Notes under the pieces: generated by a model
Told to the model about the DNA's origin: nothing
The model's input: the letters and a program-made list of their open reading frames with translations, nothing else
Database searches by the model: none
Assembly (NCBI GenBank): GCA_963706575.1
Contig: CAVPNL010000009.1
Coordinates: forward strand, 160,001-224,000
Reading direction: 5' to 3'
Origin: an uncultured delta proteobacterium
GTDB lineage: Bacteria > Desulfobacterota > Desulfobacteria > Desulfobacterales > JAHEIW01
Length of the DNA: 64,000 bases
Part shown: in pieces, positions 59,907 through 64,000 of the stretch
Layout: each line of letters begins with the position of its first letter
Position numbering within the stretch: the first letter of the stretch is position 1
Program-made: the position numbers and the translations under genes

Positions 59907-59977
59907 TTCACCGCAGAGGCGCAGAGAACGCAAAGCAAATAAAATAAACTCTGCGATCTCTGCGTCTCTGCGGTGAA
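59907..59977. repeat. 9-mer tandem-inverted-repeat element (CGCAGAG unit)
   Basis: TTCACCGCAGAGGCGCAGAGAACGCAAAG ... CTCTGCGATCTCTGCGTCTCTGCGGTGAA. Confidence 0.85.
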
Positions 59978-59994
59978 AGAGAAAAGTAAATCCG

Positions 59995-61158
59995 ATGGCT
60001 AAATTGCTTGAAATCGAAAACCTGGTGACAAACTTTTACACTTACGAAGGGGTGGTCAAGGCTTTGAACAAAGTGAGCCTGGTGGTCGATCACGGTTCTA
60101 CCTTCGGGCTGGTGGGCGAATCCGGTTGCGGCAAAAGCGTAACAGCCCGTTCCATTATGCGTATTGTGCCGGAACCGGGCTACATCGAAGGCGGCAAAGT
60201 GATTGTTTGTCTGGACGAAAAAAACAGAGCGGCCGGCATCGATCTTCTTCAACAGTCAGAGGCCGACATGCAGCGCCTCCGCGGAGAAAGCATCTCGATG
60301 ATTTTCCAGGAGCCCAATGCAGCCCTGAATCCGACGATGCGGATCGGCGATCAGGTCGCGGAAAGTTTTTTGTTTCATCAGAAAAAGCAGATGTGTGCCA
60401 AAATTCTGGAAGATCTCGAATCACCGGCCTGCCGGACGGTTTTTCCGCTCAAACAATTGCAGCAGATGATCTATCGTATTGCTGTCCGGCAGCCCGCTGC
60501 CCTGATTCTGCGCCTGTTAAATCGGATGCCGATTTTGCGCTTGTGGCAGCGGCGCCTGAACGCTGAAGCCTCAGCCCACGCGGTTGAAATTATTGCCAAG
60601 CTGGGGATTCCCAATCCGGAAAATATCATCGAACGGTATCCGCATCATTTATCCGGTGGCATGAAGCAGCGCATCGTCATTGCCATTGCGCTGGCCTGCC
60701 GTCCTGTGCTGCTGATTGCAGATGAAGCCACATCGAATCTGGACGTGACCATCCAGGCCCAGATTCTGGAGTTGCTTCGTCGACTGAAGCTGGAAGAGAT
60801 TTCTTCGGTTTTATTGATTACCCATGACCTGGGTGTTGTGGCCGAAACCTGTGATCGCGTGGGGGTTATGTATGCCGGGAACCTGTGTGAAGTTGCCGAT
60901 GTTAAAGATTTATTTCAAAAGCCGTTGCATCCCTATACCCGGGCCCTGCTGGCGGCTGTGCCGAAATTTTCAATGGAAGATGAGTTAAAAAGCATCGAAG
61001 GCAATGTGCCCAATCTGGTTAGCCCGCCGAGCGGCTGCAGGTTTCACCCCCGCTGCCCGCATGCCGAGGCAGTGTGCAAGGAGGCATTTCCCGAAATGAC
61101 CGAAATGGGGAAAAATCATCTGGTGGCCTGCTACTGGGCCGCCTCAAAATACAGATGA
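59995..61158 (+). CDS. dppD: Peptide ABC transporter ATP-binding protein
   Basis: [32 protein letters not shown]; about 50-aa internal insertion. Confidence 0.9.
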   Translation: MAKLLEIENLVTNFYTYEGVVKALNKVSLVVDHGSTFGLVGESGCGKSVTARSIMRIVPEPGYIEGGKVIVCLDEKNRAAGIDLLQQSEADMQRLRGESISMIFQEPNAALNPTMRIGDQVAESFLFHQKKQMCAKILEDLESPACRTVFPLKQLQQMIYRIAVRQPAALILRLLNRMPILRLWQRRLNAEASAHAVEIIAKLGIPNPENIIERYPHHLSGGMKQRIVIAIALACRPVLLIADEATSNLDVTIQAQILELLRRLKLEEISSVLLITHDLGVVAETCDRVGVMYAGNLCEVADVKDLFQKPLHPYTRALLAAVPKFSMEDELKSIEGNVPNLVSPPSGCRFHPRCPHAEAVCKEAFPEMTEMGKNHLVACYWAASKYR

Positions 61159-61281
61159 CGGAGGACGGAAGACAGATGTCAGAGAACAAATGAAAGTAGG
61201 GTCGGCCTCTGTGCCGACCTCTGACCGGCGGGCACGGAGGCCCGCCCTACTTCTGAACCCAGAACGCAGAACCTTTGAACC
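61151..61281. repeat. Heptamer arrays enclosing a GTAG-type REP doublet
   Basis: ACAGATGACGGAGGACGGAAGACAGATG, then GTAGGGTCGGC..GCCGACC / GGCGGGC..GCCCGCCCTAC (61196-61250), then (GAAC...)n. Confidence 0.7.
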
Positions 61282-61288
61282 CTGCCAA

Positions 61289-62335
61289 ATGGAAAAAATA
61301 CTGGAGCTGAAAAATCTGAAAAAGCATTACCCCATTTTAGGGGGTGTGCTGCGCCGGCAAGTCGGCGCCGTCAAGGCCCTGGACGGAATCGACCTGGACA
61401 TCTATCGCGGGGAATGTCTCGGGGTGGTGGGAGAATCGGGCTGCGGCAAGACCACCGCCGGAAAAGCAATCATACGCCTGTTTAAGCCGACCGGCGGGCA
61501 TGTTTATTATTACCACAAAGGCGCTGAATATAAAACGCCGGCAGATCTTGCCCACGAAAAAAAGTCCCGCATTAAAAAGCTCGGCCTGCGCGGCAGATTG
61601 CAGATGGTTTTCCAGGATCCGACAACCTCGCTGGATCCCCGGATGCTGATAAAACATATTGTTGCCGAACCCATCAAAACCCAGAAACGGATGAGCGGCC
61701 GGGATCTGGAAGAACGGGTTCTGGAATTGCTTAATCGGGTGGGTTTAACCCGGGATCATCTGCTGCGCTATCCGCATGAATTCTCCGGCGGGCAGCGGCA
61801 GCGGATTGCGCTCGCCCGGGCAATTGCCACCGACCCTGAGTTTATCGTGCTCGATGAACCGACTTCCGCCCTGGACGTTTCGGTTCAATCCCAGATCCTT
61901 AACCTGCTTAAGTCTCTGCAGCAAACCCTTCATTTAACCTATATGTTCATCACCCACCATCTGCTGGTGGTCAAATACATCAGCGATCGGGTGGCGGTGA
62001 TGTATCTTGGGAAAATTGTAGAACTTGCCGACACCCGGGCCATCTTTTTCAAACCGGCACATCCCTATACCCACGCGCTGATGTCCGCGATCCCGATTCC
62101 GGATGTCACGCATCAGCAACAGCGCATCGTCCTGAGCGGCGATGTGCCCAGCCCCGCCAATCCGCCGGCGGGTTGCCGATTTCACACCCGCTGCCCCTTT
62201 ACGGTGGATCGCTGCTTAACGCAAGAACCGTTGCTTGAGATCATGGAAGCCGGTCATCTGGTTGCCTGCCATCGCAAAGCAGGAAGTGGAAAAACTGGTA
62301 GCCGAAACGTTTGGCCCCAAACGGATGGGGAGTAA
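61289..62335 (+). CDS. dppF: Peptide ABC transporter ATP-binding protein
   Basis: [34 protein letters not shown]. Start revised to 61289. Confidence 0.9.
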   Translation: MEKILELKNLKKHYPILGGVLRRQVGAVKALDGIDLDIYRGECLGVVGESGCGKTTAGKAIIRLFKPTGGHVYYYHKGAEYKTPADLAHEKKSRIKKLGLRGRLQMVFQDPTTSLDPRMLIKHIVAEPIKTQKRMSGRDLEERVLELLNRVGLTRDHLLRYPHEFSGGQRQRIALARAIATDPEFIVLDEPTSALDVSVQSQILNLLKSLQQTLHLTYMFITHHLLVVKYISDRVAVMYLGKIVELADTRAIFFKPAHPYTHALMSAIPIPDVTHQQQRIVLSGDVPSPANPPAGCRFHTRCPFTVDRCLTQEPLLEIMEAGHLVACHRKAGSGKTGSRNVWPQTDGE

Positions 62336-62511
62336 ACGATCCCCGGTGTTATTTATTTTTAATCCCAGGTTGTGTTATCCGATGCCTTAAAGACTTGCCG
62401 TTTGAACTCCCAGAACCGAATTGCTGGTATTGATCAACCCAAGACTGTTAAATAATAAATCAATCTCCTGCCAAATAGCTGAAGAAGGACCTTCGATGCT
62501 TTAAGCGTATC

Positions 62512-62558
62512 AAAACCTCGTCTCATATCATTGGAAATGGGATCGGGGTTTTCTTTTT
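62512..62558 (+). terminator. Intrinsic terminator-like hairpin between dppF and pncA
   Basis: AAACCTCGTCTCAT..ATGGGATCGGGGTTT followed by TCTTTTT. Confidence 0.5.
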
Positions 62559-62615
62559 ATGAGGGCATTTTACGTTGAAAGATGAAACCTTAATTTTAGG
62601 GAAAGGAGGTTTGCC

Positions 62616-63317
62616 ATGAAAATATTTTTGATTTTTACCCTGGCAATCGTTATGGGAGGTCTATTTATCGTGACGTTTGCATCCAGCGCAAATGCAGGAG
62701 AAAAAATTGGCGTCATTGTCGTGGATATGCAGGGCGATTTTACCACCTGGAAAAAAGGCTCCCTTGCCGTCGCTGGTACGGATGAGGCCTTTGTTGCAAA
62801 TGTGGAAAAGACCACGGTCATGCTGAAAGAAAAGGGATATCCGATTTTCGCCACCCAGGACTGGCACCCGGCCGATCATGTATCCTTTTTTTCCAATCAT
62901 GAAGGTAAAAAACCTTTTGAGGCCATCCAGATCGAGGGGCGCACCCAGGTGCTATGGCCGCCCCATTGTGTCCAGGAAACTGAAAATGCGAAGGTTTTGC
63001 TGGATAATGATCTGTTCATCGCCATCGTCAAAAAAGGAAAGGATAAGCGTTATGACAGCTATTCCGGTTTTCAGGATGATGGCGGTGCCAAAACGGAGAT
63101 GAACGGGATTCTGAAGGAAAAAGGTATCAAAGAGCTGATTGTTTATGGGATTGCCACTGACTACTGTGTAAAGGCCACGGCTATCGATGCCGCCGATGCC
63201 GGATACAAAGTTACGGTTGTTGAAGGTCTGTCCAAAGGCGTGGCTCCGGACACCACCGCCAAGGCCCTGGATGAAATGAAAGCCAAAGGGATCATTTTGG
63301 TCAAAGAATTGGAATAA
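62616..63317 (+). CDS. pncA: Nicotinamidase/pyrazinamidase with an N-terminal signal peptide
   Basis: VDMQGDF, QDWHP..H, LWPPHCVQ, KKG, YSGF, GIATDYCV; RBS AAGGAGG. Confidence 0.88.
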   Translation: MKIFLIFTLAIVMGGLFIVTFASSANAGEKIGVIVVDMQGDFTTWKKGSLAVAGTDEAFVANVEKTTVMLKEKGYPIFATQDWHPADHVSFFSNHEGKKPFEAIQIEGRTQVLWPPHCVQETENAKVLLDNDLFIAIVKKGKDKRYDSYSGFQDDGGAKTEMNGILKEKGIKELIVYGIATDYCVKATAIDAADAGYKVTVVEGLSKGVAPDTTAKALDEMKAKGIILVKELE

Positions 63318-63351
63318 CAAAGTAAACTAATTGCCCTAGAATCAATACCGC

Positions 63352-63406
63352 AAAACGGGGCGCTCGTTAAAATCCATCTGGCATGGATCACGGGCGCCCC
63401 TTTTTT
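63352..63406 (+). terminator. Intrinsic terminator after pncA
   Basis: GGGGCGCTCGT...ACGGGCGCCCC-TTTTTT. Confidence 0.65.
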
Positions 63407-63539
63407 ATGTGTTTTTGAACCCGCACCGAACGCATATTGGCAAACGAAGTGACGATTTTTGTCCTACAAACACATGTCACCAGAGGCGGGGTGCTCAATA
63501 ACCATATGATATTTATCTAAATAATAATAAAATCCTGGC

Positions 63540-63556
63540 CTGGTATAAATTTTGCC
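63540..63556 (+). promoter_or_regulatory. sigma54 (-24/-12) promoter
   Basis: CTGGTATAAATTTTGC, GG(63542-43)-N10-GC(63554-55), preceded by an AT-rich tract. Confidence 0.55.
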
Positions 63557-63726
63557 TGTTTAAATCCTACCGGTTTTTATCATTGCCGACACAATCGCTT
63601 ATCTTTCTTGCTAACAGGCCGATATCATATTAGATAAAATAAATAACGCTGTCAGGGTGAATTGGTGTATAATATTATCAATCGCAGCGTTCAGGAGACC
63701 AGAACCCAAGGGGGGACATTCTGATA

Positions 63727-64000
63727 ATGGATGTTGTTTTGATGGTAAAAAAACCAACATACGAAGAATTAACTGCAAGAATCAAAACGCTCGAAAACGA
63801 ATTGCAACAGCAGGTCCAAACCGAAACGGATCTGCGGGAGCAGGAGCAGAAGTACAAGCTCATATTTGAAAAAGCGCGGGATGCCATTTTTATCATCCAC
63901 AACGACGTGATCCGTTTTGCCAATCGCCGCGCCCGGACGGTACTGGGCTATACCGACGAAGAGTTGTCGACAACCGCCATTGCCGAACTTATCCACCCTA
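63727..64000 (+). CDS. PAS-domain sensor protein (5' part, truncated by the window edge)
   Basis: Own translation: MDVVLMVKKPTYEELTARIKTLENE...KYKLIFEKARDAIFII..IRFANRRA..LGYTDEEL..IHP. Alternative start at 63742. Confidence 0.8.
   Translation, partial: MDVVLMVKKPTYEELTARIKTLENELQQQVQTETDLREQEQKYKLIFEKARDAIFIIHNDVIRFANRRARTVLGYTDEELSTTAIAELIHP

Overview
This is a gene-dense 64 kb stretch of bacterial chromosome, most likely from an anaerobic Desulfobacterales-type deltaproteobacterium. That assignment is inferred from the KPTYEEL-PAS protein, sigma54 promoters, corrinoid-related genes and the style of the intergenic repeats. About 48 credible CDS are present, covering metabolism, transport and signalling. 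I could not support any rRNA, tRNA, CRISPR array, transposase or prophage. Main highlights: (1) a three-gene cluster encoding a lipoprotein with a lectin-like domain and an intact caspase, a secreted DUF4384-like protein, and a CHASE2 membrane cyclase with guanylyl-cyclase (Cya2-type E/G) specificity residues, a candidate proteolysis-coupled cGMP signalling system; (2) about 10 intergenic 'tandem-inverted-repeat' elements built from different 7-10 nt units, including two oppositely oriented copies bracketing a HerA-like ATPase gene and a different palindromic element at every junction of the dpp operon; (3) a single-chain B12-dependent mutase-like enzyme of unknown substrate overlapping a ProC-like reductase; (4) a Zn-ribbon/pseudokinase/TM/trypsin/TPR membrane protein; (5) an MlaF-type ABC ATPase fused to a degenerate GGDEF domain; (6) a candidate sigma54-dependent sRNA; (7) a mycothiol-like MshD/MshB gene neighbourhood. 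All product calls come from motif recognition by eye, not from database searches.
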